DNA of 52,929 bases from Octopus sinensis (Eukaryota), in NCBI RefSeq assembly GCF_006345805.1, contig NW_021835091.1:1-52929 (forward strand), in the 5' to 3' direction. Below are positions 11,558-23,803 of the stretch, piece by piece. The first letter of the stretch is position 1. The number at the start of each line of letters is the position of its first letter. The notes under the pieces were generated by a model. That model saw only the letters and a program-made list of their open reading frames with translations. It did not search any database and had not been told where the DNA came from. Both the position numbers and the translations under genes were made by a program.

Positions 11558-11895
11558 AGTTGCTTATACAAATGAAAGATATAATCAAGGCTTATCTTTA
11601 CAGCTGTTTCGGATATATAATGACTGGTACTATAACTGTATATTATGTAATGAGGTTCAACAATTTTATAGGTATATGGACGTATTTTGAGAGACCCATG
11701 ATGCGAATTGTGTTGAGTCTTTTGAAAAAGAGAATAGCATTTCGCTTCACGGGTGCCTCAAAATCCGTGCTAGGCCACATACCTACAGTATTATTAGATT
11801 TCATGACATAATAAGTATACATGATTATGGCATCAGTCACTATCCAAAGCAGCTGTAACGATAAGAATTGAATGCAACATTTATTTGTATACGAA
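11558..11895. repeat. Inverted repeat (~95-bp arms, ~150-bp spacer) carrying a GAAACAGCTGTA-type motif
   Basis: cttatctttacagctgtttcggata...tattatgtaatga versus the reverse complement of tcatgacataata...tatccaaagcagctgtaacgataag. Confidence 0.6.
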
Positions 11896-12097
11896 ATTTT
11901 CCTTTCCATATAAATACATTCCTTACGCCAAGTTTTATCTACATGTCGTTTCTGTTAATACGTGTGTGTGTGTGTGTGTGTCTGTGTATGCGTGCGCGTG
12001 CGTGTATATATATATATATATATATATATAGTTTACAGTTCCTGCAATTATAAGTAGGATCAACAAGAAAGGTTCTGCATCCAGTGAGAAATAGATA

Positions 12098-13181
12098 TTT
12101 AATACACATAATTACAAAAGAGCTACTGATAGTTTCATGCTTTAAGATACATTAAATTGGCAGATTTATCTAACATGCCAAGTGTCTCCAAGTAATCTTT
12201 CAAATTCAGTTCATAACGGGGATGTATCTAAAAACCAGGAGACGGGTCTATGAGCAACATGAGAAAAAAAAGACAAGAAAAAAACGCGAAGCAGGCTGGT
12301 GCAAAAAGTGATAAGTGAAGAAAGAAATAAAAAAAACTAAGATCTTCGTCCTCTTTGTCTGTAGAAACCATAATAAATGCAGCTGATGCAGAATAATGTA
12401 AGAGAAAGGAGGCCAAAGTCTATGAGGCAGCCACTCAATCCGGAGCAGGCGGTGTCCTCCAGTTGCATGAAAGAAACTTGACCATGTGCTTCCGTTCGCT
12501 AAAAGTTTTGGATTTGGAATTAAGTAGTGTGGGGATATACTTGGACCTAAAAAGAATGCGTGATCTTTCAGCTACGCCTTTATTGCATCTCTTTGATCGG
12601 TTTATTTATGGCGTAGATTTATCTACGATTCTCCATTTGATTGGTGTGCATTTGGACTCCAGATCCCATACATGGCTATCCATTTAGTGGCCTTATTTTT
12701 ATCAATGTGTCGGAAAGAAGACAGTTGGTTTGCACTGAGGCTTTTAAAATTTCCTTCCCATAAACCGATGTAATTTTTCTTCTGAATTATGTTGTCTTGG
12801 AGCACTAGTGTAACTTCGGCTGCATAAAAACTGCGTTTATCAAACACACCTGCTCAAGCGGGCAAGCTTTAGTGTCTCGACAGATACAGCTGGAAATGGG
12901 CTGTTGGTGTGATTCACGAGTAATAACATCCTTCACATTGGGGCAGCAGGTGTACGAAATTTTTATAGAGGGTCTTTTAAAAATCTTCTTCGCGCTTTTC
13001 CTTCTCGTTTTTTCTCATGTTTTCTTATAGACTAGCGTCCTGGATTTTAAATACGTTTAACGTTATGAACTGATCCTGAAAGTTTACTTGAAGATACATG
13101 GCATGTGAAATAAATCTGCCAGTTTAATGTATTTTAAAGCATGAAACTATTAGTAGCTCTTTTGTAATTGTGTATATTAAA
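12098..13181 (-). mobile_element. 5'-truncated Penelope-like element: GIY-YIG endonuclease remnant, 3' UTR, and an inverted copy of the 3' end
   Basis: Minus 12470-12955 reads ..CICRDTKACPL..CL...FYAAEVT..KKNYIGL.EG.FK....SFRH..K..PIKWRIVDKST..RC..LLNSKS..RKH..KFL (Zn-linker plus YIG motif). Arms 12098-12291 and 12988-13181 are inverted repeats. Confidence 0.8.
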
Positions 13182-13744
13182 TTATATATATACATACATA
13201 CATACATACATACATACATACATACATACATACATACACACACACACATTAGAAAGTTTGATAATTCCATAAAAATGAGATGATCACTTCCGGGAGCCTT
13301 TCATCATAGGTATGCTCCAACCCTTTCTATTTCATTTACCCACTTGACTGCATAGATTTCACGATTTATCCCCTTACTTCCATATAACAGTATATATTCT
13401 ACATCTTCTCTATTCAAAAATAGTTTGTTCACTGCGAAAGGATACATTTAAGTTAGCGTGTTAGCGCGAAGTTAAAGTGTATGTGTGTGTATGCACATGT
13501 TTACACACATACATACTCATACATATAAACATGCACACATATACTTATATGTGGTGGAGTGCGTGTGTGGGTAGTATGTGTGAGTGCGCGTGCGTGCGTC
13601 TGTGTGTGTGTGTTTTTGTTGGCTGTTTCTTATATTGATGGATGGAAGGCAACTCACAGGGATCGGATATATACACATATTTATTACATATAGACTTGTT
13701 TACAATATGTATATCAAAACATACACACGCATACATAGACGTGC

Positions 13745-14640
13745 ACACACACAACCAAACAAATTATACACACATACAAACACACAGTCACAAACATATA
13801 TATATATATATATATATACACGCGCACGCACGCACACACACACACACACACATACATACACGCACACACACACACACACACACACATACATACACGCACG
13901 CACACACACACACACACACACATACATACACGCACGCACACACACACACACACAACACATACATACACGCACGCACGCACACACACACACACACACACCA
14001 TACATACACGCACGCACACACACACACACACACATGTATGTAACAACTATACGATGTCTCATTATCGGTGTCAGCTCGGAGATGGTAGACAACTGTCCAA
14101 TAAAATTGTTCAATGTTGATGTCTAATTAAACTGAAGGTGGATGGGGTGCACGGCAGCGTTGACGGTGAGGCAATATGTGTAGCTTGAAGATATACAGAT
14201 TGACAGAAGCATAACATGCATACATTCATGGGCAAACACTCACAATCACAAACATTGAACTCGCGCACATGCACACACACACACAAACGAAAAGACGGTT
14301 ATATTCACGTATACATGTATGCGCACAAGATCATCAAGTTATAAGGAAGCGAAATATCCGTGGGTGGTGAGAGATAAGAGACAGTAGTTTGCGAGTACAC
14401 ATACATACATACATACATATATACATACACACACACATTCACACATACATAGATGCATGCATGCATACATACATACATACACACACGCACACATACATAC
14501 ATACATACATACATACATACACAAACATACATGCATACATACATACATACATATATACACACACACATTCACAAATACATACATACATGCATGCATGCAT
14601 GCATGCATACATACATACATACATACACACATACAAAGAG
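13745..14640. repeat. (CA)n / (CATA)n / (CACG)n microsatellite clusters
   Basis: Tracts at 13760-14035 and 14395-14635. Confidence 0.9.
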
Positions 14641-14644
14641 TGAG

Positions 14645-14816
14645 TGTATTATCACCGATATTTCTTCTCAACGACTTCAGCGACTGCCTTCACAAATGCG
14701 TCTGCACCCACCACACTGTACGTCGCACTGTCAGTACGCATGCGACTTTATATGGTTTAGGAGAGTTCACTTGATATCTCACAGGGGTGTCAGAATTTCA
14801 TCACATCTCCCCTTTT
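14645..14816 (-). repeat. Polypurine tract and 3' LTR of the gypsy element
   Basis: Minus AAAAAGGGAGA (14806-14816) is followed directly by TGTGATG. The distal LTR end (~14645) is approximate. Confidence 0.6.
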
Positions 14817-17570
14817 TGAGCTTGACTTTCCTTGGAAGTCAATATTTTTCTTTTATTTATTATATATTTATTAACCACTATCCCCCACCTTTTTTTACTT
14901 AATTCCCAGGAAGAAATTGAAATATTTTTTTTGCTTTAGCTCTACGTGCAAAAATTCTGTTTGTTTTCTTTTCCTAGTCGATGTACTCGTTGGTTCGACT
15001 ATTCCTTGAGATACCGAGACATCAAAAATGTCATAAAGAAATTCCATTGGTTCTTCATGTCTTATTCTGTCTTCCGTAAACCATTTTTTTTCAGTTGGTT
15101 TAAATGTCTTTTGTGTTCCCACGTATGACCTTTTACCATGTACGTTATTTTTCCTAAACGTTTACTTATACTTTCTTCCCAACTTTCCTTTCCATTTCTG
15201 TATATTTTAAAAAACACGTTGTCACCGATTTTGAAGTATTTTATCGTATTTTCAGAGTTTCCATTTTTTATTTTCTTCCCAGTAGTAATTTGTCAAACAC
15301 TGACCAGACTTTCCTGGCGAACATTCGTTCAACCGGTGACATACCTGAAGTGGTGTTAGGGTTATGTGTTATTCGGTAGACACTTAAGAATTGCGTCAAT
15401 GCAGTATCAGCAAGTAGCTCATTTCTAGATTTTTTTAGCGCCTTCTTAAACTTATATATAAAACATTCCGCTAGTCAATTTGATCTCGGATGGTATGGCG
15501 GAGTAGTAATATCCTCCATTGCATGCACTTTGTAAAAGTTTTTAAATTCCTTCGACGTGGACTGTATTCCGTTATCAGACACTATAGTGTCTGGGACACC
15601 ATGTCACGCCAAAAGTTCGTCCAGAAAATCCATTTTTACTTTGAAGGTTGGCTTCCTACATTTACATATTTTCGGCCATTTCGTGTAACTATCCACAGCT
15701 ATTAGATAATACCCTTCATTTAACGGTCCTGCGAAGTCTATGTGTAATCTCAACCAAGGTGTGTCAGTCTTGGGCCAAGGCTGAAGTTTCATAGGTGGTG
15801 CTTTTGCTGCCAGGGCACAACCCCTGCTGGCTTTCACCAATTTTTCAATATCCTGATCCATATTCAACCAGTAAACTTAGCTCCTCATCAATGATTTCAA
15901 TCTCACGATTCCTGGATGTCCCATGTGGAATTCTTTTAGCATACGACATGCAAAGAAACAGGTATTACAATCTTCTGAGCGTACATACGTACGTCATCAC
16001 ATATCGAATACCATTTCGAAACTGTGTTACGCTCAACTACATGAGTTTTTGCATTTGTTTCTGACTTCACTATTTTTCTCATTTTTAAAATGAACACATC
16101 TTTCTCTGCTTTAATTTTTATTTCCTCTAAAGTGACAGGTAGTTCGCGTACTACGTTGCAGAGTACATTTTTTATTTCGATTTCAGCTTTTAATGCTGCT
16201 ATTACTGTGTCGTCTATCGGTTCATTGTATTTAGGTATCAATCTTGACAGCCCATCCGCATGTCCCAGTTTTTTCGACGGTAGAAATTCCATCGTAAAGT
16301 CATAATTTAGCAGGATCGTCCCCCAGCGCTGCAAACGGTTGACTGTATGTGTGGGGATACCCTTTTCCGATCCATAAATAGGCAACAAAGGGCGGTGATC
16401 TGTCTGCAGACTGAATTTCCTTCAATGAATGAATTTTTGAAATTTTTTCACCGCAAAAATAATGGCTAATACCTCCTTCTCAATTAGCTGTAGTTTTTTT
16501 CAGTAACCAACAATGAACAGTGAAGCATGAGCTACCATTTTCATACTTGTGTAAAATTCCCACTCCTATACCACTTTCGCTAGCATCTGATGCTACTACT
16601 ATTTTAAAATTTGGATCAAAGTGCCATAATGACGGTTCTGGTATTAAAACTTTTTTAATTCCTTCGAACGCTTTTTGGCACCTGTCCGACTAATACCATT
16701 TAGCGTCTTTTTTCAATAGGTTGTTTAACGGTAAATATGTTTGGTAATAGTTTGCGAGCCCCATGAACGCTTGTAACGTTGTAATATTTTTCGGGGGAGG
16801 CTTATTATTTTATTGCAGTCGATGTTGAAGGATCCTGTCTGCGACCATTTTTATCGATAACTTGCCCTAGATATTTTATTTGTACCTGTGTCCAACTGTA
16901 GGCTCGTTTTTACATTAATTATTTTTATGGAGACAAATTTTCTTTTTCGGGGGCCCAGCTTTGCATTTGTGTTGACAATACTTTTTTCTCGAACTTTTTA
17001 TCATTCGACCTTTTTTCTTTCACCCAGCAATGTGAATTCTTATGCCCTATTTTTGCACATCCAAAGCATTTTAGATTTTTAAAAGGACAGTTTCTTTTTA
17101 AATGCATTTCTTCACACCCATAGCATGGTTTGGGTCTTGACTGTTGTTTTTCTTTTTTCTTATCTCTTACAAGTCGACATGCATGTATATTTGAATAATC
17201 TTTTTCAATTTTCTCTGCACCATGTAAATTTATAATCCTTTGGCATTCTGCAGCCACTGCCTATAGAGTTAGTTTCGAATCTTGTTCTAGTTTTGTCAAT
17301 ATCCGAGCCCGTATCTCTGCATCTTTGCTTGCAGTTAATCTTTGTACAAAGATTAGACATTTGAACATCTAATTCGTTTAGTTTAAATTTTTCACATTCT
17401 CTGTTTACGATTCCGGTATAAGTCTTCAGTTCCTTTTTTTTTTTTCCAAATTCAGACCATGGTTTGAAAGAAATTTGGCTGCAATTTCTTGAAAATATAG
17501 CAATGACATAAAAGTTTTTCCTGGTTGTCTCGTTGGTGTAGTTACTTTCTTTATACAAGTGTCACCTTCA
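14645..17570 (-). mobile_element. Ty3/gypsy (K02A2.6-like) LTR retrotransposon, decayed, 5'-truncated, internally deleted
   Basis: Gag TYTGIVNRECEKFKLNEL and zinc knuckles CYGCEEMHLKRNC / CFGCAKIGH; protease start LQLDTG; RT end QIKYLGQ; RNase H VASDAS..GIG, TDHRPL..RLQRW..LLNYDF..GHADGLSR; integrase GHPG..WLRLHIDFAGP..VDSYTKWP..SDNG. Confidence 0.92.
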
Positions 17571-17579
17571 AGGAGACAG

Positions 17580-17920
17580 ATAAGCTGAGCGAGAGGAAGG
17601 AGAGATTGGGAGACGAATGTAAGAGAGAGTTGTGCGAGAAAGATAGACAGACGGACAGGTAGACAGACAGAGACAAATAGACAGACAGATACACAGACAG
17701 ACAGACAGACAGACAAGCGGACAAATAGACGGACAGAGACAGACAGGCAGACGGGCAGATAGACAGGCAGACAGGCTGGCAAGTAGACAGACAGATAGGC
17801 AGGCAGCCAGACACACAGACAAACAGACAGACAGGCAGGCAGGCAGACAGACAGACAGGCACATCGACACACAGACAAACAGACAGGCAGGCAGGCAGGC
17901 AAACAGACAGACAGGCGATA
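17580..17920. repeat. (GACA)/(GGCA)n degenerate tetranucleotide repeat
   Basis: Directly visible; truncates the gypsy gag. Confidence 0.9.
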
Positions 17921-18247
17921 AAAGAAGAATATGCCACCCGCAGGTGTCAGTCGTTAAGAAAGCTCAACAGTGAAAGTGCGTCCCAGAGGAGAGTCGACCT
18001 TCCTCCCTCTACCCCCGATGATGCTTGTGAAACAGAGATCTATTCCTTCACAATCCACTGCAGCAGGTAGAACAAACAAACATCATGTCTTATGGAGCGG
18101 ATGTTGGGGAGGAGGGGAGGTGTCGGTGAGGGTATGGTTGGATGGAGGACTTAACGACAGATTTGCTTTATATAAATTATATATATATATACTCATGCAT
18201 ACAAACATACATGCATATATACATACACATATATATACATACATAAG

Positions 18248-18299
<52 letters not shown>

Positions 18300-18469
18300 G
18301 TTATGCATGTATCTATGTAATATAGATACACACACATGTATACGTGTAAATATATATATATGGGTGTGTATGTATGTATGTATGTATGTATGTATGTATG
18401 TATGTATGTATGTATATAGGTGTGTGTTTAGTTTGTGCTTCTCTATATAATATATAAAATGGTTATAAA

Positions 18470-18542
<73 letters not shown>

Positions 18543-18861
18543 TGTATGTATGTACAATGTACATACATACATATATACATGAAGATGTGCAAACATATAG
18601 CGAGTATATGATACGAAGTCGCACGTTATCATCAACTGATACCCCTACATTTACACACGTATGAATGTGTGCGTGCGTGACCCTATGTGTATATGCGTGG
18701 GCGCGTGTAAATGGCTTCGTACATGCATAGATACAACACATATCTGTGGACACAGTCACACATGCGCGCACGCGCATGCACGTAGTCATTGAGTTCAAAA
18801 GAGTTTCTTTACATCCTCTTATACATTTACATGTGTTCGTATGTGTATAACTATCTTCTAT

Positions 18862-19066
18862 CTTTTACTTGTTTCAGTCATTAGACAGCAGCCATGCTGG
18901 AGCACCGCCTTGAAGAACTTTTAGTCGAATAAATCGACCCCCAAATTTTTTTAAGCCTGTTACTTATTCTATCAGTATCTTTTACCGAACTACTAGGTTA
19001 TGGGGACGTAAACACACCAACACAAGTTGTCAAGCAGTAGTGGGGACAAACACAGACACAGACATG

Positions 19067-19110
<44 letters not shown>
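18862..19110 (-). mobile_element. SINE family C, 3' half
   Basis: cttttacttgtttcagtca..gccatgctggagcaccgcc..ttgtcaagc..ggggacaaacac, matching 31186-31400. Confidence 0.8.
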
Positions 19111-19112
<2 letters not shown>

Positions 19113-19522
19113 ATAAACGCGAAATTCTGTCCCTCCGGCCAGTGCTCCTGTATCCAGTCTACATTTGCTCTACATAGATATATTATACATTTTTAGAAGC
19201 AAGATGATTCCTGAATTGAAAATCTGCCCTTCATTTGGTTCTTGAACATCCAGCATTGGGATCAGATCTGGATGAGAATTTGTTGTATGCTAACAGTTGA
19301 AAATTCAAATTTCAAAAGAACTCCAAAAATTTGTGAAGTTACAAGTTTTTCATTGAAACTGAATTTAAAGTAATACCAAAACTTTGTGAATTTAAAAACT
19401 ATTTTCAATTCAGTTCATTTAAAACTAGATCCAAGTTAGAGTGAGAGGTTCCGTGTTCGTGAGATTTCGAAGTTCCATGGAGTTTGTGAATTGAAATGCT
19501 CGGAAAGAAATATTGAAGAACA

Positions 19523-19691
19523 CGAACTTTCGGCCCAAATTGGACTTTGCGTCCAAATCGAACTTTCGGCCAGATCGAACTTTCGGCTAGATCGGACTTT
19601 CGGCCAGATCGGACTTTCGGCCAGATCGGACTTTCGGCCAGATCGGACTTTCGGCCTGAGAGGACTTTCGGCCGAGTCGGATTTTCGGCGA
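19523..19691. repeat. 17-bp minisatellite, ~10 units (CGGACTTTCGGCCAGAT)
   Basis: Period 17 confirmed from successive GATC positions 19573, 19590 and 19607. Confidence 0.95.
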
Positions 19692-20331
19692 AGTCAGTTT
19701 ATTCTTCCAACCGTTGATTGGAAGAATTGTCAGAGGGTCAGACTAAATATCTTAAATATCTTAAATATCTTATATTGTTTGTTCTGGGTCTTTGTGTTTG
19801 AGTTCTTGGTCGTGTAATCCTTTCGGGAGGAATATCTTTCTTTCTACAACTTGTCCATGAAACTTTAAAACAATAAAGAATCCTGGATGCTGATCTTACT
19901 CCATTGATAAAACGATAGAAAATACCAACGTTCGTAGGAAGACATGTGAGTCTGAACTTACAGTGAGTTACTGTCTTGAATAGGGAAGTTTAGACGAACA
20001 AATTATTTAATGCTCGTCAGTATGATTAGGGTGACGGGAAAATGAGCAGTGTCGAAGCATGAGTGGAAAGAGTATGTAATTATGTAAGTCCGGAAGGGCG
20101 GAGATTGCAGATGACTTTAAGGTAGAGAGAAGAAATAGTAGAATTGGTAGTTGTGGGAGGTGTTCCAGTTCAGCCCTGGGACTAGATCCATGATAAAAAT
20201 CATTTAAGCCGTGACGGTTTTCGTATTTTTAGTAGCATCTAAAAATATATTGGAAGGTATGTTTTTGCAATGAGAAGGAAAAAGACAAGTTTAAAGGTCG
20301 GGCTGAGAGAATACACGCGCGCGCGCACGCA

Positions 20332-21235
20332 CAGGGCCTTGCAGAAAAACTGAAACAATTTTTACGATGCATAAAACTGGTTATGAATACTAAAATAATG
20401 GTAGTAGACAGATATAAGTTTAATGTAACATTTATTACAACAAAACCATTTATCACTCAACATGGCCACCCTTTTGGGCAATTACTGCCTCCACACAAGA
20501 ACGAAATTTTTTTGCAGCTGCCTTAACCTCCGCCCTTTTGATTTTGCGTGTCGCAGACACGATGCAGGGCCTCAAACTGTTGACACTCGAGTGTGGTGAA
20601 GCATCAGTCCTTGCTTGAAGTGCACCCCATAAAAAGTAATTGAGAAAGTTGAATTCTGGGCTATTCCTGGGCCAGATGTTGGCCCACACAAAAAATAGTA
20701 CCTTCTCACCAAAGAAGGCCTGTGTCACTTTTGACCCATGGCATAGTGCAGAATCCTGGATAAGCACCACATTGTCAAACCCAAACTTCTGCTCTATTGA
20801 AGGTAACAGAGTTCTTCAGGATGTTCAGATACTCCTTTGTGCCAATCTTCAAGCCAGACTCAATGACACTTCCTTCACTCGCCACGGCTCCAAATACCAA
20901 CAGAGAGGCAGGATTAAAACACAGTGAGGACGTCAGAAGGGTTGTATGCAATTACTTGAGAATTTCTGTGATTCACTTCAGCGTCCATAGTGAACTTTTC
21001 TTGTCCACAAACACAACAGTTTTTCCTACACCTTGTTGCTTGATGAATAACAGGAGCTTTGGGCATATCTTCAGCTCTGATTGCTTTTGGCCTTGGCTGT
21101 TAGAAGGTGACGGCGGCGTCTAACATAGCTAGTCCTGCCAAGGTTCTTGTTCACAGCTCTGGACATTGTGGAAAGGGACATATTGCGTTTCTTTGCAAGA
21201 GTTGTTACGGATGTCGATGGATCGGCTTCAAACAT
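20332..21235 (-). mobile_element. Tc1/mariner maT (DD37D)-like transposase remnant, 5'-truncated
   Basis: QDSALCHGSKVTQ...WPRNSPEFNFLNYFLWG...FRSCVEAVIAQKGGHVE*; EADPSTSVTTLAKK..SRAVNKNLG; PASLLVFGAVASEG. Probable 3' TIR CAGGGCCTTGCAGAAAAACTGAAAC at 20332. Confidence 0.8.
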
Positions 21236-21265
21236 ACACAAACACACACACACACACACACACAC

Positions 21266-21544
<279 letters not shown>

Positions 21545-21546
21545 TG

Positions 21547-21748
21547 ACGGGCTTCTTTCAGTTTATGTCTACCAAATCCACTCACAAGGCTTTGGTCGGC
21601 CCGTGGCTATAGTAGAAGACGCTTGCCCAAGGTGCCACGCAGTGGGACTGAACCTGGAACCATGTGGTTGGTACGCAAGCTACTTACCACACATCCACTC
21701 CTTGCTCCTATGGCCACTCCTGCGCCTATGGTCACTCCTGCGCCTATA
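21547..21748 (-). mobile_element. SINE family C, 5' half, with triplicated 5' end
   Basis: tRNA-like head with A box TGG(A/C)TGTGTGG and B box GGTTCAGTCCC; matches 31400-31571. Confidence 0.85.
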
Positions 21749-21893
21749 TATATATATATATATTATATATATAGATATAGAGAGAGAGAGAGAAGGAGAA
21801 GAGAGAGGGAGAGATACATATATATATACACAATAGATATACATTATATAGATGGGTGTGTGTATATTATATATATATATATATACATATATA

Positions 21894-21927
<34 letters not shown>

Positions 21928-22768
21928 CACATATAAATACGCCTATAAATATACATACATACATACATACATACATACATAACATACATACAGAGAGAAA
22001 GGCAGAGAGAGAAATAGAGAGAGAAATAGAGAGAGAGGAGAGAGGTATAGTTGAGGTTAAGCTTTGCGGCAGAAGGAAAGAAATCTAACGTTTCGGAAAA
22101 TTGTCCTTCTTCTCTGTATAATACGTATTCTTGTCTTTCATTGGTTTTGTAATACTCCTGCCAACACAGAAAATCCTGAGGTAACTCCCGTCTTATCGCA
22201 ATCCTGAAGATGTTCAAAAGGATGGTACGTTCACTTTTGGAATGTCTCTGATAATAACTCTACCCAGTCAGAGCTGACGACCGAGTGCTCAACAACAACA
22301 ACATTCTAATTGGAATTCAAGATAGATCCTTTCAAAACTGACGAGTGACTAATTGAATTTGAAGCGGTTCAAGAAAACTTTGTCTTTACTCTTTACGCTG
22401 TTTTTAGACACACACACACACCAAAAACATGCACACATACGCCCACGATCTATTCTGCAATATATAAAGTAACGCATCTGTCAGAAACATAAGCATGCAG
22501 CCACACATGGAAGCACTCAGGCAAAAAAACCACATATATCCGTGTAACATGCACACAAAGGAACACCAGCTTATACATCCACATATATAAGAAAACACAC
22601 ACACACAGAGGCATACATTCATAAATATATTCACACACATATACACAAACATACACAAACACATACACATGCACACACATACACACACGATCTATTCTGC
22701 GGTATATAATGTACCGCATCTGTGAGAAAGTGAAAAATTTGTTAATTCATTATTATTATTATTATTAT

Positions 22769-22770
<2 letters not shown>

Positions 22771-22831
<61 letters not shown>

Positions 22832-22948
22832 GAACAAGAAGAACAAGAAGAACAAGAAGAAGAACAAGAAGAAGAACAAGAAGAAGAACAAGAAGAAGAA
22901 CAAGAAGAAGAAGAGAAGAAGAAGAAGAAGAAGAAGAAGAAGAAGAAG

Positions 22949-22980
<32 letters not shown>

Positions 22981-23070
22981 GAACAAGAACAAGAAGAACA
23001 AGAAGAACAAGAAGAAGAACAAGAAGAAGAACAAGAAGAAGAACAAGAAGAAGAACAAGAAGAAGAAGAA
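22771..23070. repeat. (AAG)n/(AAC)n compound trinucleotide array
   Basis: Directly visible, with a higher-order AAGAAGAAGAAC unit. Confidence 0.95.
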
Positions 23071-23411
23071 GTGTCCTGATGCAATACCAGGCACTGACTC
23101 TCATGGTTTCTGATCTTAACTGATAGATGTATGCGCACTCATGTACTCATGCGCTCATGCAAACACAGGCACACATACACATATGTACACATCCATGTGT
23201 ACGCAAACATGCACTTACACACACTTATATACTGTGTCACATAAAGACGCTGAAACACACGTAAACAACGACATACACACACATATTTGTATACGCTCAC
23301 GCACTCACACGCTTACACACATGCTCATATATATATTCTAACACACAAATACACAAACAACGTACCTACACAACTTGCACACACTGTTATACATACAAAC
23401 GCACGCTCACA

Positions 23412-23803
23412 TCTTTATATATAAAAGTGAAGTTGTGTCTGTCTCCTACGATTTAGATTCCTAACTACTCCCACATTTTGCGGTGCAGTTTAACCAAAAC
23501 CGGGTATCTTATAGTCGTGATTCATATCGAGCCCTTCTGGGTATTAGCGCGCGTCTGCGATGAGTCTACGATTTTAAAAATAATTTACCATCATTTTTTT
23601 CCATTTTAATGCATTTTTCGCTATTATATAAGGGAAGTAACTCTCTAAAAATGTCTACGATGAGTCAACGATTTTTAAAAAAATTTACCATCATTTTTTT
23701 CCATTTTTAATGCATTTTTTGCTATTTTTTGGCTATAACTCTCTAAAAATGCTTTATAGTTATTTCCCTTACAAACCCGAGCAACGCCGGGCGATACTGC
23801 TAG
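23412..23803 (+). mobile_element. Non-autonomous Helitron
   Basis: A|TC at the 5' end (TCTTTATATATAAAAG), subterminal hairpin CCCGAGCAACGCCGGG, CTAG|T at the 3' end; internal ~100-bp tandem duplication. Confidence 0.85.

Noticed and set aside
17950-18110. Possible exon (VDCEGIDLC.. on minus, or SLRKLNSES.. on plus)
   Set aside because: No recognisable family beyond a 4-residue DCEG coincidence, and splice sites are poor.
19523-19691. CRISPR-like reading of the 17-bp array (and of the 26-bp array at 25195-25310)
   Set aside because: Units are contiguous with no unique spacers, there are no cas genes, and the context is eukaryotic.
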